A stretch of 64,000 bases of DNA, taken from contig NW_018404481.1 of assembly GCF_002113885.1 (NCBI RefSeq), positions 1,187,710 through 1,251,709 on the forward strand, in the 5' to 3' direction. The notes below the pieces were generated by a model. That model worked only from the letters and a program-made list of their open reading frames with translations, made no database searches and was not told where the DNA came from. How positions within the stretch are numbered: the stretch's first letter is position 1; each line of letters opens with the position of its first letter. The stretch is from Mizuhopecten yessoensis (taxonomy: Eukaryota). The position numbers were made by a program, and so were the translations under genes. Of the stretch, positions 12,629 through 27,330 are shown in pieces.

Positions 12629-13819
12629 TAATCTACTAAAAATGATGAAACATCACACTTCATGAATTTTGTTTCTTTATCATTTATCTATTAATTTTAA
12701 ACCACTAATGATACAGGTGAAGGCCTAGGAGAGCAAAGGATTACTCTGCATATATGTATACATGATACGCATGTTTGTATTTTTGAGTGCCTGCTGCACA
12801 AAAGTTTTGTCGCTTACTACTGTCTGGGAGTGAAAGGTGACAGAAATGGAGCGAGTGTGCAGATGGAAGCTTGCTCAAAGCGTTCTTATAATGTCTGCAA
12901 TATTTTCTAAATAATTTTACCATTATGTTTACGACAAAAGCTTTTCATCTTTGCCCTTGTACAGCATAAAAACTAAATCTGTTCACATACCTTGACTAAA
13001 TGATTAATTGGACAACAAAAAATGAATATGCAGATATCTTACTTGACCTCAAAGGAAATAGTCTGAAGCATTTGAATTGGAACAGTACTAAAAAGTGTCA
13101 AAGCAATATTTACATACTAGAAAAAAATGCTGAGTTACCAAAACGAGATTTTTTTCTATGTTGAGTCCCCATAAGTTCCCGAATTGAAAGATGTTATTAA
13201 GTATGGTTTGTATGTTGGGTTCAATAGACAAAACATCTTGAATCTTACAGTAACAGTGGCTGGGAAGAGAAATTATTATGTATGAGTTGACATCATTTAA
13301 TTCAGTTTGAATACATCGAAAACACTGGATAGGGCCTAGTACATCGAAGAGAAAATTAAAGCACATGTGTTGGATCACCACTCCTACCGATCACCCGTAA
13401 AATGGCCTGCACTCTCTATAACAGATTGAGAAACCGTCGTGCAGCAGATTACGATCACTATCAAAAACTTAATGGCATGCTATTTAATCTGTGGTTCAAG
13501 ATTGTGCACCAGGGCGAGAACTGCAGGTTAAACTTTTAGCAAACTATACAGTCTTATTCTCTTTTGTGCTATTTATAGAAAATTGATGGCCCTTCCCATA
13601 AAAAGTGTCCAATATGTAGTACAATGTTCAGTATTCCAGTGTTCACTGTTCAGTAGCTTCATAAAACTTAAGTATCTGCAGATTTGATTAGAACCTAGAA
13701 TGTTTGAACAGTAGAGTTCAGAAAAAATGACTTAAAACCTTTTTATTACCTATCTATTCTTAATGCCGTGCCCGCACTTGAATGTCTTTAGACATGTATC
13801 GAGTTATATCTGAGTGTAA

Positions 13820-14026
<207 letters not shown>

Positions 14027-15016
14027 TGAAAATACTGTCATATATATCTGTTATAACAAAGCATTTATCTACAGAAAATCACACATCCATAAGTATAATA
14101 GGCCACCTGAGACTCACTATTGCGATTATCTCTCTATAAACAATCCATATTTTCGACTTCTCAAAAATGGATGAACAGGCGGAAACATGTTTGAAACATC
14201 GGATTCAGAGAATTGCTAAGTTGGATGATTAATTCCCATGTCAATTGTCATAAAAGAAATTTAATATTTATTATAAAAAAGCTTGACAGCCATTGCTTCA
14301 GAATACAAACCATGATGAAGAACTTAAATCCTGATTTAATCAAGAAAAGCTTGGGAGTTATTGCTTCATTTAACAGTTATTGCATTTAACATTTTGCACA
14401 ATTTATTGTATTTACAGAATGCAAAATTACCACACCAAAACAGACAATTTTATTGGTCTGCATTTTCGCATTGAGCAAATTTTGTATTCAGAAACAGATT
14501 ATATCTGATATGAAATATCAATCTAGCAAACAAACAAAAATCCTAATAAGAATCTGCCAGGATCACAACCCTGACCAAACATTGTGTGTAGCAGATGAGT
14601 GGTGTGTACCGGGCCCTTTGGACCCCTTGTTTATATTTTAAATTCTTTTATCAGTAATGATGTTATACAGCACTGTTTAATTTAAATCAAAGATATCAAC
14701 AGATCAAAACAAAAAGATAATATCCTCCTTCTTTATGGTCTCTTTTAGTTCAAAACGTTTTGAACGATTGTTTAACTGACATGGAACAGCCAACAATACT
14801 TTTAAAAAACTGATTTGGAACAGCCATTTTTGCAAGAACAAAATCCTGATTACTATTATTACCAGTTCCGTCGGTCAGCCAACGTCAATCGGTAAACCAT
14901 TCAAGAATTTCTGTCATAATTTTAATTTGACATCATTTCATGATTTGTCCCTGTCCAATTTCTTGAACATTTTGAAGGAAAGCCCGAGTAGCTCTTGCTC
15001 TTATTTGATAACAACA

Positions 15017-15810
15017 TTTTTAGGTCACCTGAGCAAAGGGATTTCATTGATACCTAATGGGAATGTTACTGACAAATCCCTGACAAAGTGTTGTTATTTT
15101 TCGGATCGATCAGACATCCAATATGGCCACCAAGGCTGCCATTTTGAAAAACTATTTCAAACTTTAAAGTCAAGATCTAATGGGCTGATTTAACTGAAAC
15201 TTGGTAGGAATGATAAACTCATGGTCCTGACAAAGTGTTATTATTTTTCGGGTCGATCAGAAATCCAATATGGCCGCCATGGCAGCCATTTTGAAAAACT
15301 ATTGCAAAACTAAAAGTCAAGTTCAACTGGGCCTATTTAACTGAAACTTAGTAGGAATGATCGACTCATATTCCTGACAAAGTGTTGTTATTTTTTGGGT
15401 CGATCAGAAATCCAATATGGCCGCCAGGGCCGGCAATTTTGAAAAACTATTTCAAACTTAAAGTTAAGTTTTGCTGGGCCGATTTAACTGAAACAAGGTA
15501 AGAATGATCATCTTATGGTCCTGACCAAAGTGTTTTTTTCAGGTCCTTCAAAAATCCAATATGGCTGCCATTTTGGAAAAAAAATATTTAAAACTTACAA
15601 ATCAAGTTCTAATAGGCCGTATTAACTAAAACTCGGTCTAGGAATGGTCAACTCATTGTCCTGACAAACTTAACTTAAAGTTATACGTAACTTTTTTTTA
15701 CTCGAATTTTGTTAGGGACGATTGACATTATTATCTCCACTTCATATTTCAACAACAAAAACTAATACCATAGGACTCAGGTGACCGTTAAGGCCCATGG
15801 GCCTCTTGTT
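15017..15810 (+). mobile_element. Non-autonomous Helentron/HINE-like element with internal 147-bp tandem repeats
   Basis: Starts TTTTTAGGTCACCTGAG, ends CTCAGGTGACC..AGGCCCATGGGCCT (stem-loop) CTTGTT; CCTGAC(A)AAAGTG recurs at 15080, 15227, 15374, 15521. Confidence 0.8.
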
Positions 15811-16374
15811 GGTTGGTAGTATAGGTTTATCTAGGAAGAAGTGTGTGAAGGGAATACACTGTTAATATAAAAAAAAATGGTGGCTAATCTGTACAACTTG
15901 GCATTCATGAGTAAACTGAAGCTTAAATATTAGACCCGGGAGATAACAGATACATAAATGATTAATGCAAAGCCATGCAGCAGCTGAATACATTGAACAG
16001 CGAGGGACACTGCTTGTAATTCAGTCAGTGGTAATATAAAGTAAAGGACTAGCAAACCTGGGTTAATGTATTACCTACGTAATTGTGTGTCATTGTACTC
16101 GCTCGGATGGAACAGATTAAGTGTGGAATGATACATGAGCAACATTAGTTTAAATCCTTTGCAGATGTTAATAGCTCTAGCCGAGACTTAAAACAGGACA
16201 GAAATAATGTATACACAATAGGCAGAATTTCTGACCATTTCTTCCTACATGTACAAGTTTGATGCCTCATACATAGATGTCATGAAGTGCATGATGCACA
16301 CTTTTAAATTTTTCATCATACTGTATTTATAATTGAATTACATAATTTATAAATGTGATGGAGATGGATCCTGT

Positions 16375-16467
16375 TTATCTCATTCACCCCTGACATTTTA
16401 TAATAGTGAACCGTTCAAACCTATGAATTGGAAGAATCCAAATGTGTCATCAGGGGTGAATGAGTTA
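16375..16467. mobile_element. ~90-bp TTAA-flanked MITE (degenerate copy)
   Basis: CTCATTCACCCCTGA...TCAGGGGTGAATGAG TIRs. Confidence 0.75.
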
Positions 16468-17980
16468 TCAGAATATATGTAGGTGGTTATCTTCATTCAC
16501 TTGTAAAATTGATGTTTGGTATACATCCTTATGTATGAACATTGATACCGGCCTTTTATACTCAGTGCTTGAGTGTAGTGTAAATACGTATTATAAACAC
16601 ACAGACTGTGACATGAATCAAGGACCGGTATTTGTACACGTACATGATTCAGCCCTTCTTAAGTAGATGTACAAGTGTTATACAGTGTGTGCTTTGTAAA
16701 CTTCACAATTTCGTGTTGTAGTCCGTGTTATCCACATAGCACATTGTTTTTTTTGTACGATAAAAATAGTACTTAAAAAAATAGTCCAGTTACATTCATA
16801 TCTCCCGACTAAAACTTCTACAACCTTTGATCATCAGAAAAAATGTTGCTGTTATCATACATTTATAACAAACATCAGACCTTGTTGATTAAGTCTTCAT
16901 ACAATTAGGAACAAAGATAATTTAATTACCTTTCCGCTTTATGATAGCCCTGTAATCTAGCTAACTGTCACTTTCATAGCAGACATTTTGAGGAATAGAA
17001 TATTTTCATTTTGATTCAACTTATTATTCTATTGTGACATACTCTAGATGGATAGAAATCAATGCACAAATATTGTACATTTTTTTTTTTTTTTTTCCAG
17101 ACTTTTGGAATTGGGTATATAAGAAATGATGCATGAAATAATGATCTTATGATATGCAGAAAACATCACAACTGTCTTGATCAGCCATATGCATGATGTA
17201 CTAATGTGTTAGCCATGTATGTCATGTTTGCTTTCGCGATTCATTGACATGACTCAACCAACATCATTTCCTCACAAACTTTCTGCAAAGTGGGAAGTCA
17301 CTTATGAGAAAACCTCAAAGTATTTCAGGGTTTGAAGCTCAAGGTCAACATCTAGGTCACTTTTGATAAATAGGTCACTCGACCATTGCTGTTTTATCAA
17401 CAGCTTCATTGTCATCAGTCTGCCAACTAAAGGGGCAAGGGGCATGCATGCATGTCTTACAGATGTTTTCTAGTTTGGAATAGGAAAAAATAAAGTTGTA
17501 AAATAGTAGGTTATTTGTAAATTGGCAATATTTTTGCAGTGTTTTTTTTTTTCACAAATTTATAAATTCCTCAGTATTTTCGGAAATTTTAAATATATCT
17601 TCACATTACTGTTATTTAATTGCATATTTCTTAGAAGCTCTTTCAATAACGTGTATCTTATATATATATCAGTCTTTGCCAATTTATAGTGTCAAGCTAA
17701 TAGGTCCTGACCGGTAAGATTTCATTCACTCCCGTTAAGTATTTGTTTTGATCTTGTATAATTTGCCTGACTACATTGAAGGCCAAACTTCAAAGTGTGA
17801 CCATAATTAAATGAAAGTTTTCTAGTTCTCCACAATAAGATGTTTTCTGTTGGTTGGGGAATAATTTCAGTGCAATAGCCCTTGCATAGAAAACGAACCT
17901 GGAACAGTTATGAGAGTGGTATGACACTGGTTCAAATGTTCAGTTCCTCAAATAATACTTTCTTATTTTTCCTTTGACAG

Positions 17981-18179
17981 GATGTGGGAGGTCAAGACAA
18001 GATCCGACCGTTATGGCGTCATTACTATGCCGGTTCCCAGGGACTCATATTTGTAGTGGACTGTGCCGATCGCGACAGAGTGGACGAGGCTCGCCAGGAA
18101 CTGCACAAGATCATTAATGACCGGGAGATGAAGGAGGCTATAATATTAGTATTTGCTAATAAACAAGATTTACCTGATG
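17981..18179 (+). CDS. ARF6: ARF6 coding exon 3 ([16 protein letters not shown]...NKQDLPD)
   Basis: DxxGQ and NKQD motifs; U2 polypyrimidine acceptor TTCTTATTTTTCCTTTGACAG, donor GTTAGT. Confidence 0.96.
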
Positions 18180-18524
18180 GTTAGTATTTGAGAACCCTGT
18201 TTGATCTTGTTTTGTGAAGTATCTTATTCAGCATCTTTCTAATTTCAAAGAAGCAGTTTTAAAATATATAAGATAATTTTGATTGGTAATGCAATGTTCG
18301 CATTGTTTCATTGGTAAAATATCATAAATGTCAAAAGAAATGTCATATCCATCAGAAAAACCCTTGCAACTGAGTTTTAATTGAAATACAAAATATTTAG
18401 ATTATCAAAAATGTGTTATAAAGGTTTATTAATTTTCCAAACAATGAAACTTCAAAAATTTGTGAAATATATGAAATTAAAAAGTCATTTGCTGTACAAA
18501 GAATGTCTGTTTTGATTTTGTTAG

Positions 18525-18667
18525 CAATGAAACCACATGAAGTACAAGAAAAGCTAGGACTAACGAGGATGCGAGACAGGAACTGGTATGTTCAGCCTGC
18601 GTGTGCCACCACCGGTGAAGGACTGTTTGAAGGGTTTACGTGGCTCATGTCAAACAACAAGTCGTGA
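18525..18667 (+). CDS. ARF6: ARF6 last coding exon (AMKPHEVQEKLGLTRMRDRNWYVQPACATTGEGLFEGFTWLMSNNKS*)
   Basis: Completes 82+104+199+143=528 nt = 175 aa plus stop, the canonical ARF6 length. Confidence 0.95.
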
Positions 18668-21097
18668 CCTGTGTTGCCTCCGAAGGAAACATTTTTAATA
18701 CAAAAATGCTTTTATTACGATATTCATGAAAAGGAGATATGAGCTGTGTGGTGTATGCTTTGCCAATAGAAGCTAATAAAGAAGTGGCGTATCTTCTCGG
18801 CAAACAGGATTAAGGATGCATGCGGTGGACACATCATGTGACGTGGAGGTGTTAATTGACCACAAGACTTTGTAAACATCCGAGGGAATGAGAGGTGCAC
18901 AATGTACATCCTTGTTGTAGCTCAAGGTGATCTGACGAGTGCTTTCACCCTAAACAATAAGGACGAACTACTGTAACTGTATTGTACTCCATTCATATGA
19001 ACATATATACATACAAGTGTTTTTCTACCTTTCAGTTCATGAGAACTGGCACACTTTGATGAATGTGGCTGACTGTTACCTCTAGTAGCGATGCTTGCAC
19101 ATGAAAGAGAATGTGTGTATGAGAGAAAGAGAGAGAGGGAGTGAGAGAAAGAGCAGGAGGAGTATATATTTTGCATTGTCGTTTAGAGGGTGATCAGATT
19201 TTTTTTACCAGTCTTTTTGTTAATGTGGGTTTATTTTATTGTTATTTTAAGAGAGTTTCCAAAAGGAAATACATGCTTTTGTTGAGAGTTATATATACCG
19301 GTACCTCCCATGCCTGATACAAGGCACCAGAAAGTTGAGCAACTGAATACTGGCAGTCCAGCACTGGTTCAGTCTTGTCCATCCTTGTACTGATCATAAA
19401 AAGCCACAGTATAGCCCACTTGGGTATTAAAAGCAAAAAGATATAAAGTATGTTTTCCCCTATTAACCTATTAAAGCATAGGTTAATTATATAGACAGAC
19501 ATCTGCTGTTGTTATCATCTGATGTAAAAAAAAAATAAAAAAAAATCACTTGTTAGTTAAGTTCTGATCAGACCTGGTATAAGTACTAGTTCTTTGAGAA
19601 TTTTCAGAGATATGTCTGGAAAAAAGTCTTGGCTATCAAAATAAACAGAAAACTTTTAAGGAAAGAAAATGCTTAAAATAGCTCTTTTCTTGTGGTATTG
19701 GTACATGTATCTATCTGCATCCAAAGTGCTGATCACGGAGTAAATGCAAGAGATCTTGGTTTGTTCTGTTAATTTTTTTTTGCATCCCTGTCACATTTGT
19801 TAATCATTTCTACTGTGGCAATTAGGTTGCTCTTGGTAAGGGGGAAATTGTGTTCCAGGCTTCGAGATTAACATGTAATCTTGGTGCTTACTCTTGTGTA
19901 CCTGTTGTATTTGATATATTGAGTTATCAAACCAGTAATTCAGAGATCTTGGCTTGTGTGGAGTCGTGTCTTCTGTGTTGAAACAATGCTTCGATGATAC
20001 AATGTACATATTAACTGTTATAAAGATTAAGGATTGTATTGTATAAAACCTGTAGTTCATAAAACCTAGGAAACCATTTGTTCTGTTACTTTAACCTTTT
20101 TGTAAAGTTTAGATATAGGTAGTACTTGTGTATGTCACATTAAGTCTTTCATTTTCATTAATGCTTTCTCAAAATGTGTAAATGTTGGCCTTGTGATTGT
20201 TTTGGTTTAATTGAAGTGACCTCTCCCAATTAAATCTTTTTTATTTGGTGATTTCAAAAGCTATAATGCCCTCTAAAATGTTGATGCCGTTTTCTGATGC
20301 CATCTTGCAACATTTCAGGTGTCAGCCAATTGGCTGTGTTTAAGATTTGGCATTGCAATCATGATCTTATTTAGTTCTTTCAAATGATTGCAACTAAACC
20401 AACATGGTTGGTGACTATTCACTTTTGTTCTGGGAGACCCTTTTTTTCTGATGTTTTGGAATTTTTCTAAATTATTCATATTTATATGCTATTAATCGTC
20501 TTACTTCAAGGTTCCCGTCTAAAAACTCAAAATGATATAAACTTAATGGAACAAATGTGAAATACAAATACATGTACTGAGGATTTTTTTATTTTTTTTT
20601 TGCTTTGATTCATACTAACATCTTCTTATTTAATGCTTACCAAATTTTGAACAACTTCACATTTACCTAGATATAATTTATCCTGCTTGTGTTCTTGAAA
20701 GTTATATGTAAAATCCCTGTCCTTGTATTTTGAGAATCTTTTCCTAACCAGCTAAAAACCTGAATCTAGAGTAGAATCTTGTAATCCTGTTTTGAGTGAA
20801 CTGAATTAACCAAGTACAGTACATTTTATAGTCGTAAACAGTTTCTTACAGTATGGTTTATACCATTACTCAGAGTTGTATTATATCCCATGATAAATTT
20901 ACTGTGAATGACACCTATAAATCTGGACAAGCATGGCTTGTATCAGGATTTACAATTAAATTTAAATCTTTGCAGGATTTAAAAATAACTGAATTAGAAA
21001 AAACAAAAATCGAAAGAAAATACTCAAAATTTAAATCATGGAAGAAACTGTTTGGTATTTTCAGCTTGTCAAGTTTACTATAGACACTTGTGGGTCT

Positions 21098-21188
21098 TTA
21101 ACTCGTTCACCCCTGAAATTTCATAATGCACTATTCCAACCTTTGAATTGGAAGAGTTCAAATGTGTCTTCAGGGGTGAATGAGTTCA
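21098..21188 (+). mobile_element. ~90-bp TTAA-flanked MITE
   Basis: TTAACTCGTTCACCCCTGAAATTTCATAATG...TCAGGGGTGAATGAGTT. Confidence 0.8.
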
Positions 21189-21652
21189 CTATGTTTACGT
21201 TTGCTTTATAAACATTAACGAGTACATGTCATTTTATCTGTTTATGTTAATCATGATCTACCCAGTACACTGGTTTGTTGTTTGTGTGTAAACATTTGTT
21301 GGTGTTACATTTTAGTGCAATTTTCATTCTGATCGGATGTAGTACCTTAGATATTTAGTCAGTCTGGTAAATAATACTGATTTGCATCTGGTAGCCTGTA
21401 AACACTGATCACACATGATGATTTTTTTTACTGGAGACCTTTGACTTAAGCTTCTAGACAGTAAACCACATTACCACAGAGCTAGTCGTAAAATAATATG
21501 AACTAAATAACAACGTCCTGGAAATAAACATTTGAGAAGGCTATCGGAACAACATTCCTCTGTCTAGTGCACCTGTATGCTGGAGTTTTACTATTTGAAT
21601 TATAATAAATGGCTAATACTGAAATGGCAGCTTGCGTTAGTACTGATTTTCA

Positions 21653-21743
21653 TTAACTCATTCACCCCTGAAGACACATTTGAACTCTTCTAATTCAAAG
21701 GTTGGAGTAGTTCATTTTGAAATTGCAGGGGTGAATAAGTTAA
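21653..21743 (-). mobile_element. ~90-bp TTAA-flanked MITE (opposite orientation)
   Basis: TTAACTCATTCACCCCTGAAGACACATTTG...CAGGGGTGAATAAGTTAA. Confidence 0.8.
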
Positions 21744-22258
21744 TAAATGTTTTTTTTGGATTTTAAGAAAAAAAACGTTATTTAGTTAAATTATATTGAT
21801 AAACTCCATTAAGCTTTCATGTAATACCGTAACTTAAGTTGTGTTCCCGGGCAATATTACCATGCAAAATTAATTCGAGAACAGGATACGCTATATCTTT
21901 TATGATTTTCTGATGGTTCATCCAAAGTGCCTTTGGACCGCAAGAAGGAAAATGAACAGGTTTTAAAAATGAGATTTTAAATGGTTTTCTTATTTCTGTG
22001 TTTAAGAAAATGCTAGGCATATGGGATATTAAAGAGTGCTTCTGTAATATATTTTTTTTCCTTTATTTAATTTATTTATGTGCATATTACACTGTTTTTC
22101 GGATGAAGTACAGACTTTGTATATGGTGGGGAACTCATGATCTAGTCATAGTTCTGTCAGAGTAAAAAAGGGAAAGCCTGCAATGAACATACATGTGTTT
22201 TCTTAGTTATGCATGTGTGCGATGTGTCCGATTTAAACATGTCCTTTAGTGTGAGTTA

Positions 22259-22372
22259 CAGGGCCCACTTGTCTTAAACATCTCAAAGTTAAGGAAAATC
22301 TCAATTGTGTATGGGAAATCTTAGACTTGAGGAAATCTCAAGAGTTGAGATGTTTTATACAAGTGGGCCCTG
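22259..22372. mobile_element. Small palindromic MITE
   Basis: CAGGGCCCACTTGT..AAACATCTCAA / TTGAGATGTTTT..ACAAGTGGGCCCTG. Confidence 0.7.
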
Positions 22373-24096
22373 GTCATTCCTTTGACTTTCACTGTTGTTG
22401 AAAGTTGTTGCTTTTCCGTCTTGTCAATATTCTCCAAATTTTCTGATTTTTTTTTCCAATGTTAAATGTACATGAGGAATGTATGATTTTGAAATGCTTA
22501 ACCTCTTGCACTGATATGTGTGTATAATATAGTTAAGTTTATATAGGTCTTACACAATTACAATGTTACTTGTTGCCGGCACTTAGCATTGGTATCTGTG
22601 TTAAAAATTGTGTTTTAATTTTTCAAGTGATTCATTATTGTTTTAGAATAAATTGCCTATGATGTGTATAAAATTTACTTGAGATTGGTCTACTAGGATG
22701 CCAGTATGATTTCAGCAAACCCAAGATATGCGTGTTATGATTCCATTAAATCCTTCATTTGAATATTGAAGGTATAGTATGATTCAATTAAAAAATCCTC
22801 GACATTTGAATATCGAAGGTATTAAATTATTTTATGATAAAAGAAATGTTCACCAAATTTAGAAGAAAATTTTATGATAAAGGAAATGTTCACCAAATTT
22901 AGAAGAAGAAAAAGTCACCGATAATATTTACGTATTGTTTGTAAGTAATCAACACTGCATTACAATTTTGCATGCTTTCAATGAATATAGGTTAAAATGT
23001 ATTTGCCCCATACTACAACCCTGTATGTCACCAGTATTTTGTGTAATCATCATGTGTACGTGATTATGTTATTCTTGTATGAAGTCATATGTATTGTCTC
23101 AAAATAATCCACATGATCATTATCTGGATTTGAATTATTGTAAGTGATTGATGGAAAATGGTTATAAGTTTTTCCTGTCCTGATGCTAAAGACTAGAATC
23201 GTGATTTAAAGTTAACCACCTCTACAGAATTAAATACATGAATGACTTTTTAGCATTGGAGCCGTGTTACACTTTGAAATATTTTTTATGTGCCATTAAC
23301 ATGTTATGACATATACAGGTATTTAGGATTGTAATCAACAGTACAGCTATTTAAATTTTTATTTTCCTTCGTTGAATATTATATTTCTGTTGCAGTGTGT
23401 ATATACCATATATCTAAATGAACACTGAACTTTGTAGCCAGTATGGAGTCGATACGGTGTATCCCTACAATAGTCAACACTTAGGTCAGACACACACAAA
23501 AACTGTTGTGTATCCAAACTTTCCTTTATAGATAATTTATACTGTATTTTTTCCAAGGTTTGAAAGAGTATTTCCTACAGTCAAAGGTGTGATTTTTCTT
23601 TTCACAAAAATAACTTGTTTATTCTATGTTTTCAAAATGGCAAATGGGTAAAAATATAAAGTGACTTCTGTCAATATTTTTCTGCCAGGACTGCAGGAAT
23701 TAACTATAGCAGACAATTTTAATGCAGCACTTTCTCGCAACACTATACCTCTTGTGATGTTGCCAAAATTAATTCTCCTTTGAACAGATGGCGCAAGTGC
23801 TGCTCTTACCATATATTGTTGATGTGGTCTGCAATAGGGTTTAAATCTTTTAAAAATTCGTCTGGATAAAATCTTGCATACAATTTTTTTAGGGAGGATC
23901 ATCAATGTATTAAAAGCAAATAGACTAAATTATACTATAATACACAATATTGAGATATTGCTGAGCATATTGCTGTTTAATGTAACGTTATTGGTATCTG
24001 GTCTGTAGACCATCTATTCTGTCTTTGGTAATAAACGTTAAAATGGAATTAACTTTCTTTACAAATATTCAAACTATATGAGCTGTTCTTAATCTT

Positions 24097-24188
24097 TTAA
24101 CACATTCACCCCTGAAAACACATTTGAGCTCTTCCAATTCAAAAGGTTGGAATAGTTCATTATGAAATTTCAGGGGGGAATGAGTTAA
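24097..24188 (-). mobile_element. ~90-bp TTAA-flanked MITE
   Basis: Same family, TTAA at both ends. Confidence 0.8.
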
Positions 24189-24291
24189 GGCCCTTTCCCT
24201 TGAGAGTAATTCTGTAGTATATGTAGAGGAATGATTCCCTAGGGAAAGACATGATATGAAAGAACTAGTCAATGTGATATTAGACATTTCC

Positions 24292-24508
24292 TGGGCCGTT
24301 TTCGTTCAAACAGTTGAACCAGTCGGACCACAGTTGTTCGTTTATTAAATAAGGTTGGACCTAGTAATCTGATGCTGCTTTCAGGCAAGCCTTGGCAAAG
24401 CCTTGCAAGGCCTGCATAATCATTTGCCAGTCTGCCAGGATGTATACCTGAAATTGTTACATTTAAAAACGGACAAACCGGTTGTTAGGCATAAACGAAC
24501 AGGCCCCT
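24292..24508 (+). mobile_element. ~210-bp MITE (second copy at 27741-27946)
   Basis: GGGCCGTTTTCGTT...AAACGAACAGGCCCC ends; internal CCACAGTTGTTCGTTTATTAAATAAGGT shared with the 27741 copy. Confidence 0.7.
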
Positions 24509-26949
24509 GGTTAATCCTTTTGAAATAGTAGGGGATTACCTTTTGAAATAGGAATAGTTCATTATGAAATTACTAAGTTGAGGGTTCTCTTACATTAGTA
24601 ATACAGTTGTTGTTTTGGTGGTTTTTTTCAAAGCATGAACCTAGTCTGTTTGAGAAATAATTTTGGCACAGTTGCATCGTGTTGAAACGTGAACGTGATG
24701 GTATCTGTCAAAATGACTGTAAACCATCTATCATTCACGGTGTATCATGATCGGTACTCTGTCTCTTCTGAATTTCATTTACATTATGCTCCTACTTTAT
24801 TTGATAATAGACAATATTTTACCTCAGAATCAACCTTTCTATTATAACATGTGTGATAGTCGCTGGCATTGGGGTACATCATTTCAGATAATCATGTTAC
24901 TATTTGCTATGGGTGGGGGAGGGTTCATCCCTCAAGATCCAAAAGTGAAAAAATAAATGAATAAGAAAATGTTAGTACAAAATTGTATCTTTCTTAAGAT
25001 GGTGTCAAATGGATATTGCGGAATTGAAATGTAACATGTTTTGTTTTCGTCATCGTATGTTGATTCACATTTCTTTAAAGATAATTGTGTAATGCCTACG
25101 ATATCATAGAAGCAAGTGAAGAGAGACTTGCAACCAATGGAGAACACTGCTAGAAACATTGACAAATCATCTAAGACATGACCTGAATATTTTGCTGGAG
25201 ATCATTATCAGAATCATATACATGTATGTTAATTACAGTACTTGTTCATGCAGAATTTGAGAGAATAAAAGCGAAAGTTTGAAGTCGGAAAATGCAGCTT
25301 CAATAAACGTCGATGACTTTCCTTCATTGTGTTGAATTTATCTAGGCATCACAAGCCAAGGAAAAGGAAAACCATTGCATTTTCATTTTAATTATATTTA
25401 GGAATTTTATTGATAGTTTACGGTACTAAGAAATGGTGTTTATTCTAAAACATTTGATGTACGCTGTGTACAACCTTTTGTAGTTTCCATTTATTTTCAT
25501 TACGAAACATTCCACATCGCTTTCTTCCTATCCCTGCTGGAGTTACTTCCCCTTTGCTTGCATGTTGATCAGGTCATTTCAACTTCTGTTATGTTAAAAA
25601 CCAATGGAACAGTCTGTCTGTTTTTATGTATGATTGGTTTAGCTTGCCTGCATTAGGAAGTTTTCTTCACAACTAGTGTAGAGTCATACTTTCTCAGTTA
25701 CAAAATAGTGAATCTTTGCCTACATGGATCATAATGGTTAAGTGCACATGAGAAATCTTAATGTATATAGCCTCACAATTATTATGCAAATACAGAATAC
25801 TTGATACAAATAAAGGAAACATGTAAGAATATGTTCATTGAATAAAAACATACATTTTATTACAAGAGCTGTTTTCTGTTTTTAATGCTAATATAAATGG
25901 CAGTGTAAGATCAGTTATGCTCATAGTTCTTTGTGTCCTCCATACCTTACTTGGTTGATCACCCAAATTCAAGCTGCCACAGTGTGTACTGCTGCCAGTG
26001 CGTTTTCACAGACAAGTGTGGGCGGCTAAGTGAAAGTTATTGCCGGAGGATATAGGCTGCATGTGTATTACCAAACTATTTGCCTCCATCATCAAATGGC
26101 GGGTTATTCAAATCACATTTCGACCGTGGTCCAACAGTAAACAATTTGTTGTTGCCATGTCTCGGAAACTATTAATGGGATCATACAAGAAAAATAGAAT
26201 GTTTAAAATCATTCAACCCTAGTTGTGCATACTCCAGTTTGATATGGAATGGGGATGAAGAAATGTCCTCCAGGCAGCCACCTTAGATTTTGCTTGTCAA
26301 GTTTGTTGGGAGCTACTGAAGAAAGTGCGAAACAGAATCCAGAATTGACACTAGGTTATCTTGAATTTAGTTATGACATATTACATGAAGTTCATTAATA
26401 CTATCTGCAGTAAGTATCTAAACACTAAAATGGGAAAAATCAGTCCTGTTAACCAATGGCAATTATGGTGCGGAACATGTAACGAAGTGGTAAATGGCAC
26501 AGGAAGTTGGATAAAACCTACACAAAAACTTTGTATTTAACGAAACCTCCTCCTAATCTGAGGACTCCTTCAAGATATCCTCACTCCAACAAGTGTCATA
26601 TGATTATTTAATTTCACAGTTCATATGTTTAAATGTATTGCATCCATAAAAAAAAGTTTTTTTCTGGTTCATTTAGTATTGATTAGCTTTCAAATTTGGT
26701 TCGCAAAGTATTGATTGGCTTTCAAATTTCACAAAGTTTATTTAATTAAAGGAAAATAATGGTTGTTTGAATTGGATTCCACCTATAAATACTAAGAACT
26801 TTCTAAGGCCTTCCATTTTGGCCTGGAAGTGAAGTTCCTCCATCATTCAGAGGTCTAGTTATGATGTGTCACAGGCCTGCCATTGTGGATGCAATAGCAT
26901 GGAGACTTGTAAACCAGTATGGAAACTATAACCTGAAGTTTTTGAAGCT

Positions 26950-27040
26950 TTAACCCATTCACCCGTGAAGACACATTTGAACTCTTCCAATTCAAAGGTT
27001 GGAATAGTTCATTATGAAATTTCAGGGGTGAACGAGTTAA
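26950..27040 (-). mobile_element. ~90-bp TTAA-flanked MITE
   Basis: Same family, TTAA at both ends. Confidence 0.8.
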
Positions 27041-27330
27041 ATGTAATATTGCACATAATTTTAAAGTTTGGTGAAAACACCGCAGAACTAAGGACCATAA
27101 GCTGTTACCATGGATTGACAGATGCGCACATAGAAAACACAGATATAATTTATTCTCCACCCCCCCACCCCGAAGTTAAAGTGCTGGAAAAAAACAGATA
27201 GATATAGCTGCCTTTACTTGAATATGTTGCAGAGTAACCCAAAGTCAAAAATGATACTCTTCCAAAAGTGCAACATCCATCTGTTCAAGCACTACCATCT
27301 CCAAGGAAATCAACGTATCCATAATATTTC

